Of a stretch of 64,000 nucleotides of DNA, positions 10,309-19,597 are shown in pieces. Location: positions 2,570-66,569 of the forward strand of contig CAZHSC010000007.1 in the NCBI GenBank assembly GCA_964534995.1. Reading direction: 5' to 3'. This DNA comes from an uncultured Bifidobacterium sp. Its GTDB lineage: Bacteria; Bacteroidota; Bacteroidia; AKYH767-A; OLB10. The notes beneath the pieces were generated by a model. That model was not told the origin of the DNA, did no database searches, and worked only from the letters and a program-made list of their open reading frames with translations. Positions within the stretch are counted from its first letter, which is position 1; each line of letters starts with the position of its first letter. The position numbers and the translations under genes were made by a program.

Positions 10309-11418
10309 ATGAATAAGCTCCTGAACAGACAAATAAAAAAGCACCTGGGTGACCTGGCCAATGATCCGAAAGTAAAATCGTTCATTGAGGCGGTGCGGGA
10401 AAGCTACGCTCACTATGAGCGTGACCGGGAACTGATCGAAAGGTCCATGGCCGTCAGTTCAGAAGAAATGCGGAATCTGAATTCAAAATTAGTAAAGGAA
10501 ACCGATGAGCAGAGAAAGGCACTGACCAAACTGATGGAAACACTGCGATTGCTGAAACTGGACATCGGCAGCAATGAAGATGCGCAGTTGGATATACTTT
10601 CGATTTTAGAAATCATCAATAAAGAGAGCGCCAACCGCAAAAATGCCGAAGAACAGCTCAAAAAGAACCTCCATAATCTTGAAAAAATAAACAGGGATCT
10701 TGATCAGTTCGCATACGTTGTATCACATGACTTAAAGGCGCCCCTGCGCGCCATCGCGAGCTTATCGGAATGGATAGAGGAAGATTCAGAAGGAAAAATA
10801 TCAGCGGAAACGCAGAAAAACCTACAGTTGCTTCGCGGACGCGTGTTGCGCATGGAAAACCTGATACACGGAATCCTGGCCTACACCAAAGCGGGCAAAA
10901 TAAAAGGAGAAACCGAGGTAATAGATACGGCTGTTTATGTAAATGAAATCGTTGATTTTTTAAACCCGCCCCCCAATATACAAATAGAACAGGAAGGGGA
11001 ATGGCCAACTATTGAAACAGATACTATACGGCTCCATCAGGTATTTGGAAACCTGATCAGCAATGCCATCAAATATATAGACAAACCTAAAGGAATTATC
11101 AAAATAGGTTGTATCCAGCTGGAAAGCTGTTGTCAGTTTTACATTGAAGACAATGGCCCAGGCATTGAAGAAGAGTATCATCAGAAAATATTTATTCTGT
11201 TTCAGACCTTATCCACACGCGATGAAGTTGAAAGCACGGGAATCGGATTATCCATCGTCAAGAAAATCATTGAAGAGCAAGGAGGCAAAATCTGGCTGGA
11301 CTCCAAACTTGAAACCGGCACCCGCTTCACATTTACCTGGCCCACCACAATTGTATCAGAAAACAAATTAACATCGAATAACAATGGAAGAAAAACTTTT
11401 AAACATACTCCTCATTGA
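10309..11418 (+). CDS. Cytoplasmic sensor histidine kinase (coiled-coil N-terminus, HisKA, HATPase_c); no transmembrane or recognisable sensor domain
   Basis: 369 aa. H-box FAYVVSHDLKAPLRAI, N-box GNLISNAIKY, G-boxes DNGPGIEE and STGIGLSIVKKIIE. The N-terminal ~130 aa are heptad-rich. Confidence 0.9.
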   Translation: MNKLLNRQIKKHLGDLANDPKVKSFIEAVRESYAHYERDRELIERSMAVSSEEMRNLNSKLVKETDEQRKALTKLMETLRLLKLDIGSNEDAQLDILSILEIINKESANRKNAEEQLKKNLHNLEKINRDLDQFAYVVSHDLKAPLRAIASLSEWIEEDSEGKISAETQKNLQLLRGRVLRMENLIHGILAYTKAGKIKGETEVIDTAVYVNEIVDFLNPPPNIQIEQEGEWPTIETDTIRLHQVFGNLISNAIKYIDKPKGIIKIGCIQLESCCQFYIEDNGPGIEEEYHQKIFILFQTLSTRDEVESTGIGLSIVKKIIEEQGGKIWLDSKLETGTRFTFTWPTTIVSENKLTSNNNGRKTFKHTPH

Positions 11419-11827
11419 GGATGACAGTGTAGATGTTATGAACGTTCAACGTGCGTTCAAAAAAAACAATATTACCAATCCGCTTCATATTGCCTTTAAT
11501 GGTGTAGAAGCCCTGAATGTACTTCGTGGAACAAACGGAAAACCCAAACTCAACCGTTTGCCACGTATCATACTACTGGATATCAATATGCCCAAAATGA
11601 ACGGACTGGAATTCCTGCGTGAACTTCGCAGCGACCCTGAATTAAAATCCATCAGTGTTTTTGTGATGACTACCTCCAATGATGACCAGGATAAAATAGA
11701 AGCCTATCGATTGAACGTAGCGGGATATATTTTAAAGCCATTGTCATTTGAAAAATTTGTGAATGCGGTTTCTATCCTCAACAGTTACTGGAAACTCTGC
11801 GAACAACCCGAAAATATCAATCAATAA
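11384..11827 (+). CDS. Single-domain response regulator (receiver only)
   Basis: 147 aa. Carries ILLIEDDSVD, the phospho-acceptor context IILLDINMPKMNG, and the conserved K in GYILKP. It overlaps the upstream kinase gene by 35 nt. Confidence 0.9.
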   Translation: MEEKLLNILLIEDDSVDVMNVQRAFKKNNITNPLHIAFNGVEALNVLRGTNGKPKLNRLPRIILLDINMPKMNGLEFLRELRSDPELKSISVFVMTTSNDDQDKIEAYRLNVAGYILKPLSFEKFVNAVSILNSYWKLCEQPENINQ

Positions 11828-11873
11828 TCCAAAAACGGAACTACCCGCCCTTTACACAAATAAATTTCACTTT

Positions 11874-14237
11874 ATGATAAACATTCAAATTATTGAAGAT
11901 CAACAGCCGGATATCGCACTCCTGGTAAATGCAATAAAACAAACGGGGCTTGAAACCTCCATCACTATTTCTACTTCCATTGATGAAGCCATAGCCACTT
12001 GCTCCAAAACATCGTTTGACTGCATTTTTCTTGACTATTACTTCCCTGCGAAAAACGGAGCGGACTTTCTGAGGTATTATACCTCAAAAAATTCATCCGG
12101 AAACATCATCATGGTAACCAGTCAGGAAGATGTTCATATGGCTGTAGAATGCATGAAAATGGGAGCATCAGATTTTTTAACAAAAACACAGATTACACCT
12201 GCCAGCATAGGCAAGAGCTTACGGTATGTGCTAAAGCTTAAAAAAGCCAGAGAAGACGCGGACAGGGCTGAAGCAGCACTGCTGGAAAGCGAATTTAAAC
12301 TCAAAAATATTATAGCTAAGTCACCGATCATCCTTTTCAATATTGACAAAAACGGAGAAATTACATTGTTTAAAGGAAAGGCATCCTTAAATCTTCCGGT
12401 ACGACCAGAATCCATTCTGGGCAAAAACCTCAAAGATCTGGGTAATGACCTGCCAATACGCTGGGAAGATTTTAACAAAGCCTGCCATGAAACGGATACC
12501 TGCTTCAAGACCGAAGTCAACGGCCATCACTATGATGTAAATTACATCCCCATCAGAAATGAGCAAAAAGAAGTAAACGGTATGATGGGTGTTGCCATCG
12601 ATATTACCTCTTTCATTAAAAATGAGGAAGAGTTAATGAACACCATTGAAGGAAAAGAGGAATCCGCAAAAATAAAAGAGCAGTTCCTGGCCAATATGAG
12701 CCATGAAATAAGGACACCTATTCATGGCATCATCAGTCTAACCCAATTTGTATTAAATACGCCGGTAAACACCGAGCAAAAAAACTATCTGGATCTGATC
12801 AGAAAATCAGCCGACACCTTGCTTGTAATCGTAAATGATATCCTGGATTTATCCAAAATAGACAGCGGTAAAATGATCTTTGAAGAGACGCCCTTTTCCA
12901 TCAAGGATACCATCCAAACTGCTGTGGCATCTTTCATCCCCAAGACAACGGAAAAAAATATTGAACTGAAAACTGATATATGCCCGCATCTACCTGAAAT
13001 GATAGTCGGCGATCCGGTCAGATTAACCCAGATTATCAACAACCTGCTTGGAAATGCAGTAAAATTCACCGAAAAGGGAAGCGTTACACTGCATATTAAT
13101 ACTCATGAAACCAACAACACGCATACGGTACTCGAATTCAAAATAAAAGATACCGGCATTGGAATACCTCCTCATAAAATCAATTCCATTTTTGAGTCAT
13201 TTACACAGGCAGGGGATGATATCACCAGAAAATACGGCGGCACCGGACTTGGATTAACCATCACCAAACAACTTATAGAAAGGCAAAACGGCACCATTCA
13301 AGTGGATAGCATTGCCAATGAAGGAACCACCTTTACATTCAAAATTCCTTATAAAATTTGTACCGGACTTTGTGATGACCACAAAAAAGTACATAAAACA
13401 CAAATACATCTGCCCTCTACGTTAAAAGTATTGATTGCGGAAGATCATGATATCAACCGTTTTATTATTGAAAAAATGTTCAAGGAGTGGGGACTTCAAC
13501 CCACGTTTGCAATAACGGGTATTGAAGCTGTAAAGGCCGCATCAGAAAGTGTATTTGATGTAATCCTGATGGATATAGAAATGCCGGAAATGAACGGATA
13601 CCGTGCAACTGAGATTATACGATCAGAGTTACCCGCACCCAATAACCAAATTCCCATAATTGCCATGACAGGTCACGCTATGGCTGGTGAAAAGGAAAAA
13701 TGTCTGGGTATAGGTATGAATGATTATTTATCGAAACCATTCAAACCAGACGAGTTAAAGGAGCGTATTGCCACCCTTTCCGGAAAAAGTGTAACTGAAC
13801 AGGAAGTCGGCAGCGATGGCGGTGCAGAACGCTCTTCAACTACTACTACTAAAACTGAAGGAACACAACAAAACACTACCGGATCAAAAATTACAAGCCT
13901 CGACTTTTTAAAAGAAATCGCGGAAAACAATGAACAATTCTTCGTTGAGTTCATCCAGATGTTTTTGCAGAATACCCCGAATTCCATTTCGGATATCGAA
14001 AAAGCCATAGCAGACAACAACTGGGAAGCCATCCGGCAGGCCGCGCATAAAATGAAACCTTCCTTTAATTATGTTGGATTAAAAGATCTGTCCGGCCTAT
14101 CGGCAAAAATTGAAGAGCTGGCTAAAAAGAAAGAGAGCATGGATATTATCTCCGGTAATATTCAGAAAATCAAAGAAACCTGTACCCTTGCCTTTACCGA
14201 ACTGGAGCAGGAGATAAAAGCAATAACAAACCATTAA
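11874..14237 (+). CDS. Hybrid sensor histidine kinase / response regulator (REC-PAS-HisKA-HATPase-REC-HPt)
   Basis: The track ORF begins at 11763, which overlaps the preceding gene. The ATG at 11874 (MINIQIIEDQQPD) starts a receiver domain (CIFLDYYFP). Further features: H-box ANMSHEIRTPIHGI; ATPase boxes GNAVKFT, DTGIGIP and GGTGLGLTI; a second REC (VILMDIEMPEMNG); and a C-terminal HPt (AAHKMKPSFNYVG). Confidence 0.9.
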   Translation: MINIQIIEDQQPDIALLVNAIKQTGLETSITISTSIDEAIATCSKTSFDCIFLDYYFPAKNGADFLRYYTSKNSSGNIIMVTSQEDVHMAVECMKMGASDFLTKTQITPASIGKSLRYVLKLKKAREDADRAEAALLESEFKLKNIIAKSPIILFNIDKNGEITLFKGKASLNLPVRPESILGKNLKDLGNDLPIRWEDFNKACHETDTCFKTEVNGHHYDVNYIPIRNEQKEVNGMMGVAIDITSFIKNEEELMNTIEGKEESAKIKEQFLANMSHEIRTPIHGIISLTQFVLNTPVNTEQKNYLDLIRKSADTLLVIVNDILDLSKIDSGKMIFEETPFSIKDTIQTAVASFIPKTTEKNIELKTDICPHLPEMIVGDPVRLTQIINNLLGNAVKFTEKGSVTLHINTHETNNTHTVLEFKIKDTGIGIPPHKINSIFESFTQAGDDITRKYGGTGLGLTITKQLIERQNGTIQVDSIANEGTTFTFKIPYKICTGLCDDHKKVHKTQIHLPSTLKVLIAEDHDINRFIIEKMFKEWGLQPTFAITGIEAVKAASESVFDVILMDIEMPEMNGYRATEIIRSELPAPNNQIPIIAMTGHAMAGEKEKCLGIGMNDYLSKPFKPDELKERIATLSGKSVTEQEVGSDGGAERSSTTTTKTEGTQQNTTGSKITSLDFLKEIAENNEQFFVEFIQMFLQNTPNSISDIEKAIADNNWEAIRQAAHKMKPSFNYVGLKDLSGLSAKIEELAKKKESMDIISGNIQKIKETCTLAFTELEQEIKAITNH

Positions 14238-14248
14238 AAAATAACAAC

Positions 14249-15424
14249 ATGAATTCAGGAAACATATTCCTCATTGAAGATGATGTAATGATAGCCAGTC
14301 TGATCCGTCAGAACCTGTCAAAATTCGACGCATTTGAAACCACCCATTTCACTACGGCCGAAGAATGTATCAGCAATTTGCATCAGCATCCTGATATTAT
14401 CATTATTGATTACAATCTGCCGGGCATGGATGGATTGACCCTTATGAAACAGGTGAAAGCCGTTAGCCCAAATACACTCATCATTATTTGTTCCGGGCAG
14501 GAAGACGTAAATATAGTAGTTGAATGTTACCACAACGGGGCCAATGACTATATTCTAAAGAATGAACAAATGATGGCTAATATTGAAAATTCCGTTCGCA
14601 ATCTCTCCATGAATGTTACTCTCAGGCGTGAAGTTGAATTCCTGAAAGATCAGATCATCGACAGAAACAAATACTCTAACATCATCGGAAACAGCAATGC
14701 GGTACTTCGAGTACTGCGTCTGATACAGAAAGTTGAAAAAAACAACATGATGGTGCTGATAACAGGACAGAGTGGTACCGGTAAAGAACTGGTGGCGAAA
14801 GCGCTTCACTACAACTCACAGCGCTCGCGGAAACCATTTGTAATTGTAAACATGGGTGCCATCCCCAATGAATTGGTCGAAAGCGAATTGTTTGGTCATG
14901 AAAAAGGAGCATTTACCGATGCACGGGAGCGCAGGATCGGCAAATTTGAAGAGGCTGATGGTGGCACAATTTTTCTGGATGAAATCGGTGAAATGGACCT
15001 GGGATTACAGGCAAAAATTTTACGTGTTCTTCAGGAAAAGGAGATCACCCGAATAGGAAGCAATAAAACCATAAAGCTTGACTTCAGACTGATTGCCGCG
15101 ACGAACAGAAATCTGGCGCAGGAGGTTAAGGAAGGCAGGTTCAGGGAAGATCTATTTTACAGGATCCAGGGCTTTTTAATTCACCTGCCGCCACTGTGCG
15201 AAAGAGGGGATGATATTATCCTGCTGGCAAAATCATTTTTACAGGAGTTCTGCCAGCAAAACAGAATTGACCCGATGGTGATTTCAAAAGAAGCTTCCAA
15301 ATTCATGTTGGAATACATGTGGCCCGGAAACATCCGTGAATTAAAAGCAGTAATTGAAAGGGCCGCCCTTATGGCAGAAAACAATACGATCACAGTAGAG
15401 GACCTGACTTTTGTGAAAGCCTGA
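14249..15424 (+). CDS. Sigma-54-dependent response regulator (REC + AAA+ sigma-54 interaction domain) lacking a C-terminal HTH
   Basis: 391 aa. REC domain (IFLIEDD, IIIIDYNLPGMDG), Walker A GQSGTGKE, Walker B GTIFLDEIGEM, and the L1 loop reads GAFTDA instead of GAFTGA. The protein ends 22 aa after NIRELKAVIERA, so no Fis-type HTH fits. A strong terminator follows. Confidence 0.88.
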   Translation: MNSGNIFLIEDDVMIASLIRQNLSKFDAFETTHFTTAEECISNLHQHPDIIIIDYNLPGMDGLTLMKQVKAVSPNTLIIICSGQEDVNIVVECYHNGANDYILKNEQMMANIENSVRNLSMNVTLRREVEFLKDQIIDRNKYSNIIGNSNAVLRVLRLIQKVEKNNMMVLITGQSGTGKELVAKALHYNSQRSRKPFVIVNMGAIPNELVESELFGHEKGAFTDARERRIGKFEEADGGTIFLDEIGEMDLGLQAKILRVLQEKEITRIGSNKTIKLDFRLIAATNRNLAQEVKEGRFREDLFYRIQGFLIHLPPLCERGDDIILLAKSFLQEFCQQNRIDPMVISKEASKFMLEYMWPGNIRELKAVIERAALMAENNTITVEDLTFVKA

Positions 15425-15447
15425 AATCTGAATTCGAAATATAAAAT

Positions 15448-15477
15448 AAAAGCCGGGAAATACCCGGCTTTTATTTT
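15448..15477 (+). terminator. Rho-independent terminator ending the phosphorelay operon
   Basis: Stem AAAAGCCGGG / CCCGGCTTTT (10 bp) with loop AAATA, followed by ATTTT. Confidence 0.8.
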
Positions 15478-15531
15478 AACCGATTACAACCAATTCCCAG
15501 TTGCATCGTATACATAACAAACGTTAAATCC

Positions 15532-15894
15532 ATGAAAAAACAATCGAAGCCCAACCCACGAAAGCTGAGAATGACGCAACGTGTTACACAGAAAAACACC
15601 ACCAAATATATCATTGCGGGCAGTTCAATACTTGGATGCATGGTAGCTGCCCTGATTGTAGTAAACCTGTCAAATAATGAAAGCACTTACGCGAACCAAA
15701 ATTTAAGCGGCGGTGCTGTCAATTACAGGTCTGTAGACATACATCTCGACCATAAGATGCTATTGAATCCCGAGGAAATCAATCAAAACAACAACCAGGA
15801 ATATAAAGGTAAAGACACTCCACAAAATGTCAGAATACTCTCCAGGGCCACTGATCTTGTTATAAAAAATACAGGAACGGCCAGCGCCGAATAA
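15532..15894 (+). CDS. Small single-pass membrane protein, function unknown
   Basis: 120 aa. A basic N-terminus (KPNPRKLRMTQRVTQK) is followed by a TM helix (YIIAGSSILGCMVAALIVV). The N-terminus is paralogous to that of the 19598 gene. Confidence 0.55.
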   Translation: MKKQSKPNPRKLRMTQRVTQKNTTKYIIAGSSILGCMVAALIVVNLSNNESTYANQNLSGGAVNYRSVDIHLDHKMLLNPEEINQNNNQEYKGKDTPQNVRILSRATDLVIKNTGTASAE

Positions 15895-15937
15895 CTTTAA
15901 GGACATTAGAAATTATTTCATTATTAAAGCTATACCA

Positions 15938-18900
15938 ATGAAACAATCTCTCGCGTTAATTGCCTTACTTCATATTGGCTTCCTCACCACTTTTGCTGTT
16001 ACAAAAACCACAACCGGTAACGGCAACTGGAATTCACCCTCCACCTGGTCACCATCCGGTCAACCGTCGGCATCAGATGACGTCATTATAAGTACAGGAC
16101 ATTCGCCGAATGTAAATGTGAGCAACGGGCAGTGCAAATCGCTAACCATTCAGTCCGGAGCTAGCCTGGTTATTGGCAACTCAAAAAAACTGACCATAAA
16201 CAGTACTACCGGATTAAACGTCAGCGGCACCCTGAATGTAAATTCGGGGAATCTGACTATCGTTAACAATTCCACCAACTTCACTATCAATGCAGGAGGT
16301 ACTTTCATATGGAAACCCGGCGATAACACCTCCGGCGGTGCGACGATATTCAGTAAATGTATCGAAAATTTTGCAGGCACCTCCAATATCACGATTAACA
16401 AATGGTACAATACCAGTGTGGGACTGGGCACTGTGGTTTCATCCAATTTCGGTAACCTTACTATAGATGGAGTTAGCGGAACCTGGCAAATGCAAAACAG
16501 CCTTGAAACCAGGGCCGTTGTGGGGACGCTCACTATTACCAATGCGTATGTGGTCCTGGATAATACCGGGGCTATTTCCAATACCAGTCTTGGCGCCATT
16601 ACACTCACCAACAGCAGTTCCTACCTTGACTTCGTTAACGGAACGCATCCGGGTTCATTTACCGTAAACAGTGGCAATGTGAATATAACAGGCGGTGAAC
16701 TCGATGGGTTCTATACTTCGGGAACCGGTAACTGCACTTTCAACATCAATGGCGATCTGACCATGACATCCTATGCGACCTTTATAGGGAGTCATAACCA
16801 TAACGGAAATTTTATTCTGAATATCAGCGGAAATGTGAGTTTATCCAGATCATACCTCAACGGCGTACAAAACGGTTCCGGTAACGCGACCATAGACATA
16901 GGGGGAAATCTTACCACCACAAAAAGCGGAAGCACCTACAGTGAAATAAATGGAATCATCGATGGAAATGGTAATGTGAGTATAAATGTTGATGGAAATT
17001 TCAGTAACCAGGGATACTTTGACCTGATTTGGAACTCTGGCGTTACGGGCGTGGGCAATGGCAATGGCACCCTTACCATCGGTGGAACATTTAGTCAGTC
17101 GGATGGAGATTTCAGAGGAATATGGAATGCTACCACTACCACTTCCGGTTCCTGCAGTATTACCATTGATACCCTGAACTTTTCAGGCGGGATATTCATG
17201 ACGGCCTACTCATGTGCCTCATCAGCCATCAACCATACACTGACCATTACAGGTAAAGCGGATATTGTTTACAGCGCTTCCGGAAATATATTCAGGGGCA
17301 ACGGTCTTGCAACGCTCAGCGGTACACAAAACAATTCTTCCTTCACCATGAACTGCAACGGCCCCCTCACAATCAGTGGCAACGGCTCCGCTGAATTTTC
17401 GGCCAATGCGGGCTATGGAACCGAAAGTATTAATCTGATGGGTGCTGTAACCATATCGGGTGGTACTATAAATTTTGGACTTACGCAGCACAATTTAAAC
17501 ATTACATCTGCCGGACAATTTACGGTTTCATCCGGAACGGTATATCTGTCAAAGAGCAGTGGTGCATCCAACATAACCATTTCATCAGATGTGGTAGTCA
17601 GTGGTGGCACCTTAAATATCAAACACAATACCGGAAAAACAAATTGCACATTCAGTGGTGCAATGACCATCTCCGGTGGAACCGTTTATCTCTACTCGAA
17701 CACCAGCTTAGCCGCTGATGACAGTACGAACCTCTATGTAAACGGTGACTTTACACAGAGCGGAGGCACCCTCATGTTCTCCAATAACACCGCTAATACC
17801 GGTCCAGCCTGCATTTTTATCAATGGAGAAAATTACAACCTCAGCGGAACGGGTTCTATTTCATCATTCGGAGCAGGATCTGCCAGTTACTTCGGAACTA
17901 TGATTTTCAATAATTCATCTAATACAAATTACAACAGAAGTTCCACCAACCATCATATACAGCAGGTAAAATACATCCTGAATAACCAGGCCCGCGTGAG
18001 CGTAACCGGAGGGCCACTTGAAATATCATCAGGAACTTCGACGGGCACCGATTTCCTGAAAATAAGCAATGAAGCAGTGCTTTCCCTTGCCAATAACAGC
18101 ATTGTCTCTAATGGACTTTCCACATACAGCGGGATAACTGTGATGGATGGAGGCACTTTAAAAACAGGGCACATCAACGGCCTTTATGACGGCACTGATA
18201 ACGCTGCCATTTGCTCATCCGCAAACATGGATTTTGAACTGGGAGCATCCAGCACCATCTGCTACAATGGTACCGACAATCAAAAAATATCAGGCTATGG
18301 TTGTGGCACAGCGAATGCAACAAAGCACAAATACGGAAACTTAATGATAGACTTCAGTGGAACAGCCGACAATGAATACTGCTACCTGGAAAGAAATACC
18401 ACATTGCGATCATCCCTGGTACTAACACAGGGTGAATTAAAGCTCAATGGCTATACGCTCAGGGCGGAGACAGCTGAAGCCACATCAGGATATGTTAAAA
18501 GCGAAGAAAACAATGCCGTAAATGCTTCAAAACTGGAACTGGGATATACGCCATCCAATAAAAATCTAACGTTCCATTTTGGCCGAAGCAGCAACATACT
18601 GATTCCCGTAAGTATTTCCATTACCAACAACCCGGGTTCGGGATACATCAGCATATCCACAAGGGCAACAGGATCCGACAACACCCCACTGCCCGGTAAT
18701 GATAATGTAGCGGCCATTACCAATATAAATCCCGGAGGAGCTGACGTTTCCACAACACATGTTATTGACCGTTGGTGGGAAATCAACGCAGCAGGTGTAA
18801 CAGCCGACTATACTTTGCGGTATGACGGAAGCGAAAACACAACCACTCCATCCGTTTCTCATGGTTCCTTCAACATTCAATACTGGAATGGCAGCAACTT

Positions 18901-19588
18901 TACTAAAATCAACAGCAGCGGCACCGGTGTGACAAGTGGCACAGGTTCCATTAGCGCCAGCATGTCTAATATATCGGGTCCTGTCGTCATTTCGTCGGGA
19001 AGTGCATCACTTCCAATTAAACTTATTGAATTCAATGCCGCTTTAAAAAACGGGGTTGTTGAACTTACCTGGGCAACTGCCGAAGAAAAGAACAATGACT
19101 ATTTCAGTATAGAGCGCTCTTCGGATGCAAAAATATTCGAGAAAATTGACGAAGTAGACGGAGCAGGTAACAGCAATGCGGTGCTGCACTATAAAACTAC
19201 CGATACCCAGCCGCTGGTAGGCACTTCGTATTACCGCCTAAAACAAACCGACTTCGACGGGAAATACTCATACTCACCGGTACGGGTGGTGAATCAGGGA
19301 AGCAAGGGGATGAATCCGGAACAGGACATAGAACTGCTTTCATTGAGTCCGAATCCGTTCACCAGTGAATTCACCATGAGCTATCAGCTGCCACAAGGGG
19401 GAGAATCAAGGATCACGGTCTTCAACATGAGCGGTCAAATTGTATTTGACCAGACCAAACAGGACGACGCAGGAATTAACAACTTCGTATTTACCAGTGA
19501 AAACAATCTCCCTCCCGCCAATTACATCCTCCAACTTGTTAATGGCAATAAAAAAATCAGTAAAAAAATAATCAAGACTTCCAATTAA
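15938..19588 (+). CDS. Large T9SS-secreted surface protein with beta-helix-like G/T/S/N-rich repeats and a type A C-terminal sorting domain
   Basis: 1216 aa. Signal peptide MKQSLALIALLHIGFLTTFA. Low-complexity repeats recur (SGGTLNIKHNTG, SGGTVYLYSNTS, SGGTLMFSNNT). An Fn3-like domain is present (LPIKLIEFNAALKNGVVELTW..YYRLKQTDFDGKYSYS). The C-terminal ~80 aa (LSLSPNPFTSEF...ITVFNMSGQIVF...ANYILQLVNGNKKISKKIIK) match the T9SS CTD pattern. Confidence 0.85.
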   Translation: MKQSLALIALLHIGFLTTFAVTKTTTGNGNWNSPSTWSPSGQPSASDDVIISTGHSPNVNVSNGQCKSLTIQSGASLVIGNSKKLTINSTTGLNVSGTLNVNSGNLTIVNNSTNFTINAGGTFIWKPGDNTSGGATIFSKCIENFAGTSNITINKWYNTSVGLGTVVSSNFGNLTIDGVSGTWQMQNSLETRAVVGTLTITNAYVVLDNTGAISNTSLGAITLTNSSSYLDFVNGTHPGSFTVNSGNVNITGGELDGFYTSGTGNCTFNINGDLTMTSYATFIGSHNHNGNFILNISGNVSLSRSYLNGVQNGSGNATIDIGGNLTTTKSGSTYSEINGIIDGNGNVSINVDGNFSNQGYFDLIWNSGVTGVGNGNGTLTIGGTFSQSDGDFRGIWNATTTTSGSCSITIDTLNFSGGIFMTAYSCASSAINHTLTITGKADIVYSASGNIFRGNGLATLSGTQNNSSFTMNCNGPLTISGNGSAEFSANAGYGTESINLMGAVTISGGTINFGLTQHNLNITSAGQFTVSSGTVYLSKSSGASNITISSDVVVSGGTLNIKHNTGKTNCTFSGAMTISGGTVYLYSNTSLAADDSTNLYVNGDFTQSGGTLMFSNNTANTGPACIFINGENYNLSGTGSISSFGAGSASYFGTMIFNNSSNTNYNRSSTNHHIQQVKYILNNQARVSVTGGPLEISSGTSTGTDFLKISNEAVLSLANNSIVSNGLSTYSGITVMDGGTLKTGHINGLYDGTDNAAICSSANMDFELGASSTICYNGTDNQKISGYGCGTANATKHKYGNLMIDFSGTADNEYCYLERNTTLRSSLVLTQGELKLNGYTLRAETAEATSGYVKSEENNAVNASKLELGYTPSNKNLTFHFGRSSNILIPVSISITNNPGSGYISISTRATGSDNTPLPGNDNVAAITNINPGGADVSTTHVIDRWWEINAAGVTADYTLRYDGSENTTTPSVSHGSFNIQYWNGSNFTKINSSGTGVTSGTGSISASMSNISGPVVISSGSASLPIKLIEFNAALKNGVVELTWATAEEKNNDYFSIERSSDAKIFEKIDEVDGAGNSNAVLHYKTTDTQPLVGTSYYRLKQTDFDGKYSYSPVRVVNQGSKGMNPEQDIELLSLSPNPFTSEFTMSYQLPQGGESRITVFNMSGQIVFDQTKQDDAGINNFVFTSENNLPPANYILQLVNGNKKISKKIIKTSN

Positions 19589-19597
19589 TTGAAAGAC

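Noticed and set aside
11763-11873. N-terminal extension of the hybrid kinase ORF that overlaps the response-regulator gene
   Set aside because: The extension has no domain content (MRFLSSTVTGNSANNPKISINN...). The ATG at 11874 begins a canonical receiver domain.
15425-15937. Search for a sigma-54 (-24 GG / -12 GC) promoter linking the EBP to the downstream surface-protein module
   Set aside because: I found no TGGCAC-N5-TTGC-like element. The only TTGCA (about 15503) lacks a GG at the correct upstream spacing. I also checked the other intergenic regions. The nearest near-match, TGGCCT-N5-TTTC at about 9134, lacks the essential GC.
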